Below, one piece after another: positions 19,408 through 29,359 of a DNA stretch of 64,000 bases. Source of the DNA: Escherichia phage vB_EcoM-ZQ3; sequence record MW630116.1. One strand, written 5' to 3'. The position numbers and the translations under genes were made by a program. Below the pieces are notes generated by a model, which saw nothing but the letters and a program-made list of their open reading frames with translations, was not told where the DNA came from and made no database searches. Within the stretch, counting starts at the first letter, position 1; every line of letters starts with the position of its first letter.

Positions 19408-20535
19408 TTATTCTGATGCTTCTTTAAATTCTTGTCCAAATACCTTACCAGTATCAGTTGAAGATTGAGTAGGTAATGTCATTATGTCTGGAGCACTTAA
19501 AGATTCTGAAACATAATTTACACGAATACCATTTATACCAAACTCAGCAGGTTTTGAAACGCTTCCATTACATGACACTTCAGTGAATATAACGTTTCTT
19601 AATCCACCTTGCCCGACTGGAGCTGTACGATAACAATAAATCGTGAACCCGTCAGCACCAGCAGGAATTTCTATGTAGTCTTCATATATCTTCCATTCAC
19701 CTGCAGCCCCATCAAAGTTTATATCCTTAAATGAAATAGGTGAAGTAGAAGGAGATTTAAAGAAACGAATAGAAAGTCGTGTCGTCCCTTGTGCTAACAA
19801 ATCAGCATCGGCCATTAGTTGGAATTTCATATAAAGGAAATCTCCAGGCTTCAATTTATACCCAGCGAGAGGTGTAATAAGGGACGTTGTAGGCATCCTT
19901 TTAATTTCATTATTAGTACCTCCAACAGCAGATAAAAATGTGTCTGTCGATTCGTACGTACGACTAGGGAAGCCGGTAGCACCAATATCATCGATCGTGT
20001 CGTACACAACATCAAGTGGTGTACTATAGTCGGTTGAAGTTTTCTTATTACTATACTTAATATGTTCTAGTGCTATAGCATTCTTACCAGAAATATAAAA
20101 TGCTGAATAAGAAATGTCCACTATATTTAAAACTTGTTGAGCTAATGGAATAACAGAACTCCCAGCTTTAGTAAACCATGCGAGAACTTCGGGTGGAAAG
20201 TTTGTTTTAGCATTAGTAACAAGAGCAAATATAAAATTTGAAGCGTATGTGTCCATGTAAGTAACGAATGCGCTTGACGTGGCGTCGTTTTCAGTAGAGA
20301 AATTATATGTCTTAGATTCAACTACTGCACCTGTTGTAGGATTTATTACACGAACGTTTAATCCAACGGAAAAAACCTGGGACCCAAGTGGATTATCTTG
20401 GAACTTAATATAAGCAGGAGATGTTGATAGCGGGCAAGAGCCCGCTATGCTTAATTTAAATCGTACTGAATTGCTTTCCGATAAAAATGGCGTTTGGACG
20501 TATCCTTGTCCGAACTTAGCCATAAATTTTTCCAT
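19408..20535 (-). CDS. 35: gp35 long tail fibre proximal connector
   Basis: 375-aa ORF (T4 gp35 372 aa) between genes 34 and 36. Confidence 0.8.
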   Translation of the reverse strand: MEKFMAKFGQGYVQTPFLSESNSVRFKLSIAGSCPLSTSPAYIKFQDNPLGSQVFSVGLNVRVINPTTGAVVESKTYNFSTENDATSSAFVTYMDTYASNFIFALVTNAKTNFPPEVLAWFTKAGSSVIPLAQQVLNIVDISYSAFYISGKNAIALEHIKYSNKKTSTDYSTPLDVVYDTIDDIGATGFPSRTYESTDTFLSAVGGTNNEIKRMPTTSLITPLAGYKLKPGDFLYMKFQLMADADLLAQGTTRLSIRFFKSPSTSPISFKDINFDGAAGEWKIYEDYIEIPAGADGFTIYCYRTAPVGQGGLRNVIFTEVSCNGSVSKPAEFGINGIRVNYVSESLSAPDIMTLPTQSSTDTGKVFGQEFKEASE

Positions 20536-20543
20536 AATACCTC

Positions 20544-23500
20544 TTATTCAATCCACTCGAATTTAACAGATTTATTCACAGGATCTGGAATAATGCGGAC
20601 ATTACCAATCCTTAAGAAATCCCTTATTGTCAAGTTTCCGATTGTTGCATTATCAGAAGGTAAAGCGCCAATATCAGAAGGTTGAGGAGGGTTTCCACCA
20701 TCAAATACCTGAACAAAACTCGACCAAGAATTTTTAGTTTTCTGCCATGTACGTGTCCAACGGGTTGTACGTGCTTCTGGAGTTGTTGGATAAGTAATCC
20801 AATCTTGGTAAAGCGAATCAAGTGTGTTACCAAACTGAGTCAGTGTACCAGGAGATTTAACTTCTTCGCCACGTTCTAAGTATGGAAGTCCAGTCACTTC
20901 ATTAGTTTTTTCAACCATTTTAAAATAACCCGGGAACTGGTTATAAGTGGCTGAATCGTTAATATCTATTGACCAGAATCCGACTGTATCAGCAGTAGGA
21001 GCACGAGTGTATAAATCAGCAGTTTTAGAACCATGAGAACGAATTCTCGAGTTAACAGTTAAACCACCTGAATTTATAGTAGCACCTTTGGCAATGATTA
21101 AGCCTTCACCAATCGTTACTTGGCCGGATGCATTATTAATAGCTAAAGGACGTAATCCATTAAATCCGCCAGTCTGATCACCTGATGCAGTAAGCATAAA
21201 ATAGGTATTAACAGCATCATTACGAATAAAGAATCCGTAATTACCACTAATTGCTCTGAATGCGTTTGCACTATAGGTTATAAATTCACCCTGTGCTGTC
21301 ACCGAACGTCCAAATGTTGCCGCACCATTAGCATTCAATGTTCCGGATGCATTAACATTAATCGGCCGAACTGTACCGTTGATGCTGAAAGTAATATTAC
21401 CAAGGTTATCCCGTTGTGAATAAAAGTGGTTAGATGTTTCATCACCAACTTCAAATATCGTAGCACGAGATGTATCAGAACCGCCGGCGAATTGGTTACC
21501 CCATACACGGATATTCATCGCCTGAGCAGGGTTGTTTCCAGTTTGTGGACCTTTTTCAAATATTAAGCGAGTTGAAGCACCTGTATTAGAAATAGTTAAT
21601 GTACTATTAGCAGATACCGAACCACCAAACGTAGCCGTACTAGATGATACAAGAGGGGCACTCAGATTCGTTTGTTGGGTTAAGGTTAGTGAACCATTAA
21701 CCGTCTGTGCAATGTCCCTACGAATGAACTGAGATGAATCTAGGCCATCTAATAAATTTGCGTCAGCAGCTTTTGCTTTTAATGGCAAGTAATTTGCCAA
21801 TACACGGTTTAATTCATACGGTGATACTGCATAGCTATTTTTCTCGTATAGCTCTAAGTTTTGTGTAGAACCGACTGTATCATTACCAACGAATGTAATA
21901 GAACCGGATGAAGTTTTAACGAATCCGCGAATTGCTGTAGTAGCAGCCCATGTTGGTTCACTCTGCACAATCCATTTTAAATTCTTAGGAGATACAGCAG
22001 TGTTCGCTGACGTTCCAGTCACAGTTTCAGACTGGGTTGCAACCTTGATTACACCTTCAGACGTTTCAGTGGACTTAGTCCCTAAAAGCTTTTTAGGAGT
22101 AATAAGAACATCATCTAAAGTTCCTGCATTAGATTCTGCCTGGGTCGCTACGCGAAGTGTACCACGTTGTGTTTCATTTGCTTTAGAAATATCAAGAGTA
22201 TAATGGTTCCACAAGGTTCCTTCTTCAATAAGTCCGGAATCAGAATTAACACTGGTACGGTCAGAAGAATCAAAATGAGTTTTAATTTTCAGTGGAGTTG
22301 AGATACGAGTATCATCAGTTCCAGTATCAAATTCAACTTGCGTAGCAATTTCGGCTATGCCGGATAATCCTTCCGTAGCTTTCCTATCATTTAACGTCTT
22401 AGGCGTTACTGCACGTGTATAATCAGTCCCAGCATTAGTTTCTGTTTGCGTAGCAATTTCAATTAAACCAATACGTCCATCAGTAGAAGTTTTCTTATGT
22501 AGTGTTTCAGGAGTTACTACAGCGTGAGAATAACCTGCTTGTGATTGACCAGCAATTACTTCACTATCAACAGCTAAAATTACTGCACCTTGTTGAGCAT
22601 ACGTTGCTTTATATTGGTCAAGGGCTTTAGGAGAAATAGTTAAATTATTTACGGTTTTATTATAAACGTTAGTGCCTGCGGCCCCACGAGTTTCGGCAGG
22701 AGTAGCAGAAGTAGTTGATACATATTTAACTATACCAGATAGTGTTTCAGAACCCTGACGTGCCTGCAATTTCTTAGGTGTAATAATCGTTGTGTCATCA
22801 AGACCAGCATCGGTTTCAGTCTGAGTAGCAATTTCGGCAAGACCGCGACGAGTTTCAGTTGCTGTACGCTCATTTAGTTTTTTAGGCGTAACAATAGTAT
22901 CGTCCACAAATGATGCTGTGGAATTCTGGTTAACTTGTGCTGTTGTAGCAATTTTAGCGATACCACGTCGAGCTTCAGTTGCTGTACGATTTGCCAACGT
23001 TTCAGGAGTAATAGCAACTTCTTTAGCTGGAGTATTCTCTAAATCAACATTTGCTTGCGCTTGAGTAGCAAGAGCAATAACACCTAAACGAGCTCGTGTA
23101 GCATCAGTTCCAGCATCAACACGTTCTACCGTAGGGACGTTTTGTTGAACAACCCAATAACGTGTACCAGCAACGGTGTCTTCGATATACGATAATTCTA
23201 ATACAGGAACATATGAAGTAGTGCCATTGAATTCTAGTTCAGTAACAGAGACCCATTGAGCATCAGGTGGATATTCAGAACGTTTAGGGAACTGAAGCAA
23301 CGCAACAGAAGAAGCAATTGTATCACCTTCGGCAGCTTTAATTTTTACTGTTTGGCCTTTACGCATGTAGTTCATTGAAATTTTAACAGTGTCACCACTC
23401 AAAATTCCAGTAGGCAGCGTAAGATTAATAGTTCCGGTTGTAGCGTTATTTGTGCCAAAAATAAGAACTTCTTCATTTGGACGAATATTTGAATCAGCAC

Positions 23501-24419
23501 GGATAATACGAAGACGCGATTTCTGGCCGCCTTCCCATATACGCCATAAACTATTTGAAGCATCAAAAACAAAAAACGCGTCAGAGTCATTTCTGCCTTC
23601 GGCAATATGAGTCCCGACTTCACCAATAGACGTTGTATCATCAAATGTTTTAACAATTGTATGATACAGCGGGTTTAATTTATCTAAATCGACTAGGCTG
23701 ATTATATCACCATTGTTAGCATTACGTGGAAGTGTAATGTTGATTGGTGCTGCACTAGTAAAACGACGAATGATAAAATCATTTGCTTGTGCTTGATATG
23801 GCGCCGCAGGTGTAACAGTGATTGATTCTTTACCATAATCAATGATATACATCTGCCACAAACGATTACTAAACACAAACAATAGTTGTGAACGTGGGCG
23901 CGTCATTAAAACTGTACGAACTTGTTCACCTCTAAAGTTTAAAATACTCTGCACAGACGCGTTAATCTGTACTTTAACTGTCCCGGTTCTTCCACCAATA
24001 TCAGCCAAAACAACAGTATCACCATCAACCGGTGCACTTGGCAACGTGAAAACCATATCATTGCCGGCACCAGTGTTAACCGAAATCGATTCACCTGAAG
24101 AAAGTTGATAAGTCCCAGAAGCGACAGTTATCCATTGTGCATCAGTACGAACTGCACGCCATTGTAAAAGGTTAAATGCCCCGGAAGGAGACACGATATC
24201 ATTTATTGCTTGATATAATCGGTTGTCATAAAGAACAACAAATCCTTTGTTATATCCACGCGTAGAATCATATACTTGAACGGTGTTTTCTTGTACCAGG
24301 AAGTCAACGTTTACGCCATCAGTACCTACTGTACGGTCGGCTAATGCTACGTTAACAATCTTGTCGCCACCGGCGTCCAGACCGTCTTCGGCTCTGAACT
24401 TACGTTTGATGTCGGCCAT
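20544..24419 (-). CDS. 34: gp34 long tail fibre proximal subunit
   Basis: 1291-aa ORF (T4 gp34 1289 aa); late promoter upstream; divergent from rnh as in T4. Confidence 0.88.
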   Translation of the reverse strand: MADIKRKFRAEDGLDAGGDKIVNVALADRTVGTDGVNVDFLVQENTVQVYDSTRGYNKGFVVLYDNRLYQAINDIVSPSGAFNLLQWRAVRTDAQWITVASGTYQLSSGESISVNTGAGNDMVFTLPSAPVDGDTVVLADIGGRTGTVKVQINASVQSILNFRGEQVRTVLMTRPRSQLLFVFSNRLWQMYIIDYGKESITVTPAAPYQAQANDFIIRRFTSAAPINITLPRNANNGDIISLVDLDKLNPLYHTIVKTFDDTTSIGEVGTHIAEGRNDSDAFFVFDASNSLWRIWEGGQKSRLRIIRADSNIRPNEEVLIFGTNNATTGTINLTLPTGILSGDTVKISMNYMRKGQTVKIKAAEGDTIASSVALLQFPKRSEYPPDAQWVSVTELEFNGTTSYVPVLELSYIEDTVAGTRYWVVQQNVPTVERVDAGTDATRARLGVIALATQAQANVDLENTPAKEVAITPETLANRTATEARRGIAKIATTAQVNQNSTASFVDDTIVTPKKLNERTATETRRGLAEIATQTETDAGLDDTTIITPKKLQARQGSETLSGIVKYVSTTSATPAETRGAAGTNVYNKTVNNLTISPKALDQYKATYAQQGAVILAVDSEVIAGQSQAGYSHAVVTPETLHKKTSTDGRIGLIEIATQTETNAGTDYTRAVTPKTLNDRKATEGLSGIAEIATQVEFDTGTDDTRISTPLKIKTHFDSSDRTSVNSDSGLIEEGTLWNHYTLDISKANETQRGTLRVATQAESNAGTLDDVLITPKKLLGTKSTETSEGVIKVATQSETVTGTSANTAVSPKNLKWIVQSEPTWAATTAIRGFVKTSSGSITFVGNDTVGSTQNLELYEKNSYAVSPYELNRVLANYLPLKAKAADANLLDGLDSSQFIRRDIAQTVNGSLTLTQQTNLSAPLVSSSTATFGGSVSANSTLTISNTGASTRLIFEKGPQTGNNPAQAMNIRVWGNQFAGGSDTSRATIFEVGDETSNHFYSQRDNLGNITFSINGTVRPINVNASGTLNANGAATFGRSVTAQGEFITYSANAFRAISGNYGFFIRNDAVNTYFMLTASGDQTGGFNGLRPLAINNASGQVTIGEGLIIAKGATINSGGLTVNSRIRSHGSKTADLYTRAPTADTVGFWSIDINDSATYNQFPGYFKMVEKTNEVTGLPYLERGEEVKSPGTLTQFGNTLDSLYQDWITYPTTPEARTTRWTRTWQKTKNSWSSFVQVFDGGNPPQPSDIGALPSDNATIGNLTIRDFLRIGNVRIIPDPVNKSVKFEWIE

Positions 24420-24449
24420 TCGTTTTTCCTTTATTGTTTCAATAATACT

Positions 24450-24457
24450 TATTTATA
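24450..24457 (-). promoter_or_regulatory. late promoter TATAAATA for gene 34
   Basis: Plus strand tatttata, reverse complement TATAAATA, about 30 nt upstream of the gene 34 start. Confidence 0.6.
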
Positions 24458-24460
24458 CCA

Positions 24461-24522
24461 GTTTACGCTTTCAAATGAGTGTGTTACTATAGACAAGTTG
24501 ACTAACTGAACAAGAGGTTCAT
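24461..24522 (+). promoter_or_regulatory. early promoter (GTTTAC ... tactatag) for rnh
   Basis: gtttacgctttcaaatgagtgtgttactatagacaagttgactaactgaacaagaggttcatATG. Confidence 0.5.
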
Positions 24523-25440
24523 ATGGATTTAGAAATGATGTTGGATGAAGATTACAAAGAAGGTATTGCACTTGCCGACTTTAGTAACATTGCATTGGCC
24601 GCCGCATTAAACAACTTTGAAGACGGCGATAAAATTACTGTTCCGATGGTTCGCCATGTAATCTTGAATTCAATTCGTAAAAACGTGGTGATGTTCCGTA
24701 AGCAAGGCTATACAAAATTTGTATTGTGTATGGATAATGCTACTTCAGGTTATTGGCGTCGTGACTTTGCTTACTATTACAAGAAAAATCGTAAAACCGA
24801 TCGTGAAGCTTCAAAGTGGGATTGGGAAGGATATTTTACTGCACTCCATCAAGTTGTTGATGAGATTAAGAAATACATGCCATACGTTGTAATGGATATT
24901 GACAAGTATGAAGCGGATGACCATATCGGTGTATTAACTAAATATTTGTCATTAGCTGGTCATAAGGTATGTATTGTTGCATCAGATGGTGACTTTACAC
25001 AATTACACAAATATCCTAACGTTAAACAGTGGTCGCCACCACAGAAAAAATGGGTTAAAATTAAGAACGGTTCTGCTGAAATTGATTGCATGACTAAAAT
25101 TCTTAAAGGTGACCGTAAAGATGGCGTTGCATCTGTTCGAGTTCGTGGTGACTTCTGGTTTACTCGAGTTGATGGTGAACGAACTCCGAGCATGAAAACA
25201 ACGATTATTGAAGCAATTGCCAATGACCGTTCTCAAGCCGAAGTATTATTAAGTGCAGAAGAATATAAACGGTATCAAGAAAATTTGGTTCTCATTGATT
25301 TTGATTATATCCCTGATAATATTGCTTCAACCATTATAGAGTATTATAACTCATATAAACCACAACCTAAAGGCAAGATTTATTCATACTTTGTAAAATC
25401 TGGTCTTTCTAAATTAACAAGTGTAATTAATGAATTCTGA
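24523..25440 (+). CDS. rnh: RNase H (5'-3' exonuclease / flap endonuclease)
   Basis: 305-aa ORF (T4 RNase H 305 aa); sequence matches T4 rnh as I recall it; synteny next to gene 34. Confidence 0.9.
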   Translation: MDLEMMLDEDYKEGIALADFSNIALAAALNNFEDGDKITVPMVRHVILNSIRKNVVMFRKQGYTKFVLCMDNATSGYWRRDFAYYYKKNRKTDREASKWDWEGYFTALHQVVDEIKKYMPYVVMDIDKYEADDHIGVLTKYLSLAGHKVCIVASDGDFTQLHKYPNVKQWSPPQKKWVKIKNGSAEIDCMTKILKGDRKDGVASVRVRGDFWFTRVDGERTPSMKTTIIEAIANDRSQAEVLLSAEEYKRYQENLVLIDFDYIPDNIASTIIEYYNSYKPQPKGKIYSYFVKSGLSKLTSVINEF

Positions 25441-25447
25441 GGTAAAC

Positions 25448-25717
25448 ATGGCTAAGAAAGAAGCAGTTGAATTTAATCAAGATGTGCATGGTGAAGAACT
25501 GGCTAAACTAGTCAAGGAAGCTTCCGATAACAAACTTAAAATTTCTGGTTATAATGAACTGATTAAAGACATTCGTACTCGTGCTAAAGAAGAGCTTGGT
25601 GTCGATGGAAAAATGTTTAATCGTTTGTTAGCTCTTTATCATAAAGACGCTCGTGACCAATTTGAAGCTGAAAACGAAGAGGTAGTCGAGCTTTATGACA
25701 CAGTTTTCACTAAGTGA
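25448..25717 (+). CDS. dsbA: DsbA double-stranded DNA-binding protein (late transcription enhancer)
   Basis: ATG 25448 with GAGG RBS; 89 aa MAKKEAVEFNQDVHGEELAKLVKEASDNKLKISGYNELIKDIR..., matching T4 DsbA (89 aa) as I recall it. Confidence 0.85.
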   Translation: MAKKEAVEFNQDVHGEELAKLVKEASDNKLKISGYNELIKDIRTRAKEELGVDGKMFNRLLALYHKDARDQFEAENEEVVELYDTVFTK

Positions 25718-26033
25718 TATTAAACCGGTTGATGAGGCCGGTTTATCTGAACAAGAATTAGCAGTAAAACACGATAAAGATGATATCGCTAAATTGCTTG
25801 ACCGACAAGAAAACGGATTCATTATCGAATCCATGGTTGAACAATTTGGTATGTCTTATTTAGAAGCAACAACTGCTTTCTTGGAAGAAAATTCTATTCC
25901 AGAAACACAATTTGCTAAATTTATTCCTACAGGAATTGTTGAAAAAATTACAAGCGAAGCAATTGACGAAAACATGCTTCGCCCATCAGTTGCTCGTGGT
26001 GAAAAAACTAATACGTTAGATTTCTTATTATGA
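25695..26033 (+). CDS. 33: gp33 late transcription accessory protein
   Basis: 112-aa ORF MTQFSLSDIKPVDEAGLSEQELAVK...RGEKTNTLDFLL, matching T4 gp33 (112 aa) as I recall it. Confidence 0.85.
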   Translation: MTQFSLSDIKPVDEAGLSEQELAVKHDKDDIAKLLDRQENGFIIESMVEQFGMSYLEATTAFLEENSIPETQFAKFIPTGIVEKITSEAIDENMLRPSVARGEKTNTLDFLL

Positions 26034-26683
26034 TTAAAATACGCATGCCTCCTGATGGAGAACGTTATATTAACGGAAAATCGGTATACAAACTATACTT
26101 GATGTGCAAACAACATTTTAATGGTCGGTATGACGTAATCAAATATAACTGGTGCATGCGTGTTTCGGATAATGCGTATCAAAAACGCCGAGATAAATAT
26201 TTCTTTGAAAAGCTAGCAGAGAAATATAAATTGAAGGAACTCACCTTGATATTCATCAGTAACTTAGTTGCTAACCAAGATGCATGGATTGGTGAGATAT
26301 CAGACGCTGATGCATTAGTTTTCTATAGGGAATATATTGGACGTCTCAAACAAGCCAAGGAGACGTTTGCTGAAGATGTACGTAACATCTACTATTTCAG
26401 TAAGAAAGTTGAAGTTAGCGCGCTTCAAGAGATATTTGATTATAATAACAACGTTCAGTCGAGCTACATATTCAAATTGCTACAAAGCAATATAATTTCA
26501 TTTGAGACTTTCTTATTGTTGGACTCATTTTTGAATATTATAGATAAGCACGACGAACTTACTGACAATTTAGTCTGGCAAAATTATTCTACCAAATTAA
26601 AGGCATATCGAAAAATACTCCAAATCGATGGAAATGCTGCTAAGAAATTGTTCATAGAAACAATCAAATCATGTAAGTATTAA
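26030..26683 (+). CDS. 59: gp59 helicase loader
   Basis: 217-aa ORF MIKIRMPPDGERYINGKSVYKLYLMCKQHFNGRYDVIKYNWCMRVSD..., matching T4 gp59 (217 aa) as I recall it. Confidence 0.9.
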   Translation: MIKIRMPPDGERYINGKSVYKLYLMCKQHFNGRYDVIKYNWCMRVSDNAYQKRRDKYFFEKLAEKYKLKELTLIFISNLVANQDAWIGEISDADALVFYREYIGRLKQAKETFAEDVRNIYYFSKKVEVSALQEIFDYNNNVQSSYIFKLLQSNIISFETFLLLDSFLNIIDKHDELTDNLVWQNYSTKLKAYRKILQIDGNAAKKLFIETIKSCKY

Positions 26684-26712
26684 GCTTTATTTCTTGTGTG
26701 TTAAAATTACTT

Positions 26713-26797
26713 TATAAATAAATCATACCAGCTACGAGGTATAAGTGTCGTAGCAACCAACTGTAAAATTTAATTAATCTAAATAAAGGCAAATAAA
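26713..26797 (+). promoter_or_regulatory. gene 32 leader: TATAAATA late-type promoter, hairpin gctacga...tcgtagc, and AU-rich unstructured operator
   Basis: tataaata at 26713-26720; hairpin 26731-26754; AU-rich aaccaactgtaaaatttaattaatctaaataaaggcaaataaa before ATG, resembling the T4 gene 32 autoregulatory operator. Confidence 0.55.
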
Positions 26798-27700
26798 ATG
26801 TTTAAACGTAAAAGTACCGCAGACCTCGCAGCTCAGATGGCTAAACTGAATGGTAACAAAGGTTTCTCTTCAGAAGATAAAGGTGAATGGAAGCTGAAAC
26901 TCGATGCGTCCGGTAATGGTCAAGCGGTAATTCGTTTCCTGCCGGCAAAAACAGATGACGCACTTCCGTTTGCAATTCTTGTTAACCACGGGTTCAAGAA
27001 AAATGGTAAATGGTATATTGAAACCTGTTCATCTACACACGGCGATTACGACTCTTGTCCGGTATGTCAGTACATTAGTAAAAATGACCTGTACAATACA
27101 AACAAAACAGAATATTCTCAACTGAAACGTAAAACTTCTTATTGGGCTAATATCCTGGTTGTTAAAGACCCACAAGCTCCAGATAATGAAGGTAAAGTAT
27201 TCAAATACCGTTTCGGTAAAAAGATTTGGGACAAAATCAATGCAATGATTGCAGTCGATACTGAAATGGGTGAAACTCCTGTTGATGTAACTTGCCCATG
27301 GGAAGGTGCTAACTTTGTGCTGAAAGTTAAACAGGTTTCTGGTTTCAGTAACTATGACGAATCTAAATTCCTGAATCAATCTGCGATTCCAAACATTGAT
27401 GATGAATCTTTCCAGAAAGAATTGTTCGAACAAATGGTTGACCTTTCTGAAATGACTTCTAAAGATAAGTTCAAATCGTTTGAAGAATTGAATACTAAAT
27501 TTACTCAAGTTCTTGGTACTGCCGTTCTTGGTGGTGCAGCAGCTGCCGCAGCTTCTGTTGCAGATAAAGTTGCTTCTGACCTCGACGATTTTGATAAAGA
27601 CATGGAAGCCTTTAGTTCTGCAAAAACTGAAGATGACTTCATGAGCTCTACCTCATCCTCTGATGATGGCGACCTCGATGACCTGTTAGCTGGTCTATAA
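26798..27700 (+). CDS. 32: gp32 single-stranded DNA-binding protein
   Basis: 300-aa [52 protein letters not shown]... with acidic C-terminal tail; matches T4 gp32 as I recall it. Confidence 0.93.
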   Translation: MFKRKSTADLAAQMAKLNGNKGFSSEDKGEWKLKLDASGNGQAVIRFLPAKTDDALPFAILVNHGFKKNGKWYIETCSSTHGDYDSCPVCQYISKNDLYNTNKTEYSQLKRKTSYWANILVVKDPQAPDNEGKVFKYRFGKKIWDKINAMIAVDTEMGETPVDVTCPWEGANFVLKVKQVSGFSNYDESKFLNQSAIPNIDDESFQKELFEQMVDLSEMTSKDKFKSFEELNTKFTQVLGTAVLGGAAAAAASVADKVASDLDDFDKDMEAFSSAKTEDDFMSSTSSSDDGDLDDLLAGL

Positions 27701-27706
27701 TAAATT

Positions 27707-27728
27707 GGGAGACTTCGGTCTCCCTTTT
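27707..27728 (+). terminator. rho-independent terminator (gggagacttcggtctccc + T-run)
   Basis: 7-bp stem with UUCG loop followed by ttttga. Confidence 0.65.
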
Positions 27729-27755
27729 GAGTATCTGTAAATTGCCAAAAAAGAT

Positions 27756-27813
27756 GTTTACTTCTTCCCTAGATGTGATATTATAGTTCTATCAACAACA
27801 TGAGGAAATCAAA
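27756..27813 (+). promoter_or_regulatory. early promoter cassette (GTTTAC ... gatattatag ... caacaacatgaggaaa RBS module)
   Basis: gtttacttcttccctagatgtgatattatagttctatcaacaacatgaggaaatcaaaATG. Confidence 0.55.
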
Positions 27814-28218
27814 ATGGAAATCGGAAAATCTTATATCATTAACCCTTTGTTTAAAGACGACTTTGTTCAAGAAGCACCACACAATAACGCTAAGATGTTA
27901 AAATTGATTGAACTCCACGGGCCTAGTTTTGTTGTAAACGGAATGGAACCTGATTATGATGGCGATACGCCAAACGTAGTAAGTGTAACTATGGAAGATG
28001 GTACTGTATGTTCTGCCGGTGGTGAAATTGAAACTTATTTTGAGATTTATCCTGACGAGTTCAAATACTTTATTGAGTACTTTACTGAGGTAACTTTAGA
28101 AAAGCCTCAACCTACTAACGAAGGTATAACTTTAGGTGTAACAAAAATCCATTGTATCGTAGATGAAACCAACGTCGACGAAATCATCAAACTTTTGCAA
28201 AAAACTTTTAAAAAGTAG
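27814..28218 (+). CDS. hypothetical protein (134 aa)
   Basis: ORF track; promoter cassette upstream. Confidence 0.55.
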   Translation: MEIGKSYIINPLFKDDFVQEAPHNNAKMLKLIELHGPSFVVNGMEPDYDGDTPNVVSVTMEDGTVCSAGGEIETYFEIYPDEFKYFIEYFTEVTLEKPQPTNEGITLGVTKIHCIVDETNVDEIIKLLQKTFKK

Positions 28219-28279
28219 TGTACAATCAGATAGGGTTATGTTATAGTAGTCCTATCAAATAAAAGTGAAGGAGAATAAA
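28218..28279 (+). promoter_or_regulatory. early promoter cassette with 6-bp dyad (gatagg / cctatc)
   Basis: gtgtacaatcagatagggttatgttatagtagtcctatcaaataaaagtgaaggagaataaaATG. Confidence 0.55.
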
Positions 28280-28528
28280 ATGAGATTGCAACGCCAGAGC
28301 ATCAAAGATTCGGAAGTTAGAGGTAAATGGTACTTCAACATTGTCGGTAAAGACGCTGAACTCCTTGAACAAGCCGAAGAAGCTTTACGTGAAATGGGTT
28401 GGAACGAAGAATGCGATGGATGTCCACTCTACGAAGATGGTGAAAGTGCAGGATTCTGGATTTATCATTCTGACGTCGATCAGTTTAAAGCTGATTGGAA
28501 AGTTGTTAAGAAAAATCTGAGGAAATAA
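28280..28528 (+). CDS. hypothetical protein (82 aa)
   Basis: ATG 28280 with gaaggag RBS inside ORF-track entry 28265..28528 (track start is GTG). Confidence 0.5.
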   Translation: MRLQRQSIKDSEVRGKWYFNIVGKDAELLEQAEEALREMGWNEECDGCPLYEDGESAGFWIYHSDVDQFKADWKVVKKNLRK

Positions 28529-28530
28529 TT

Positions 28531-28779
28531 ATGAATGTTGTTGTTGAATACTCTCAAGGCGCTGATGTCGGATATGAAGTTTATACTTCAGTTAATTTAG
28601 ACCATCCGGATTTGGCCGAATTCATTGGCGACGCATTTGATTTGTCTGGGCGATACACAACAAAACCTCGCGTTTGTGTTATAACATTTGACCCGACCGA
28701 CGGCTGTCAAATCCAGACTGATTTGGTTTCTTCTAAATCACAAATCCAAAAAGTTATTAAAGGACTTAAAAATGCTTAA
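28531..28779 (+). CDS. hypothetical protein (82 aa)
   Basis: ORF track; start 3 nt after previous stop; overlaps frd start. Confidence 0.5.
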   Translation: MNVVVEYSQGADVGYEVYTSVNLDHPDLAEFIGDAFDLSGRYTTKPRVCVITFDPTDGCQIQTDLVSSKSQIQKVIKGLKNA

Positions 28780-29359
28780 ATTAGTATTCGCATGTGCTCC
28801 GACTAAAACAGTTGATGATAAGCTGGAATATGCTTTTGGATTAGGTGATGGACTTCCATGGAAGCATATCAAACAAGATATGAGTAACTTTGTTGCTCGC
28901 ACTAAAAACACTGTAATGGTTATGGGTGCTAAGACTTTTGCATCATTACCTCGTCTACTACCAGATCGCACTCATGTGGTTGTCACTGATATGGCCAGAA
29001 AACTGCCTAGGACTAAAACCAACGAACTTGCACGGTTCTATATCACCCAATCTGAATTTATTACCTTGGTAACAGGTGGTGAAATTAACCTGTTTAGACC
29101 TGCAACTGACGTACCGTTTAAACTTTCTACTGAACATGTTAATGTCTCGGTTATTGGTGGTCCTGCTTTATTAAAACAAGCACTGCCTTATGCCGATGAA
29201 ATCGTGATGACTAAAATCATTAAGAAATGTCGTGTTAATTCCGATGTTCAACTTGATAAAGATTTCGTCCAAGATATTATGCTTCAACGTTCTATGGTAG
29301 AATCTCATTACTACAGAATCGATGAACTCACCGAAATTACTGAGAGCGTTTATAAATGA
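28772..29359 (+). CDS. frd: dihydrofolate reductase
   Basis: ATG 28772 inside ORF-track entry 28688..29359; 195 aa MLKLVFACAPTKTVDDKLEYAFGLGDGLPWKHIKQDM...; size and position match T4 frd; stop overlaps td start. Confidence 0.85.
   Translation: MLKLVFACAPTKTVDDKLEYAFGLGDGLPWKHIKQDMSNFVARTKNTVMVMGAKTFASLPRLLPDRTHVVVTDMARKLPRTKTNELARFYITQSEFITLVTGGEINLFRPATDVPFKLSTEHVNVSVIGGPALLKQALPYADEIVMTKIIKKCRVNSDVQLDKDFVQDIMLQRSMVESHYYRIDELTEITESVYK

Noticed and set aside
27029-27508. 159-aa minus-strand ORF opposite gene 32
   Set aside because: Fully contained in the antisense strand of the very well supported gp32 gene; low-complexity translation typical of an AT-rich antisense frame.
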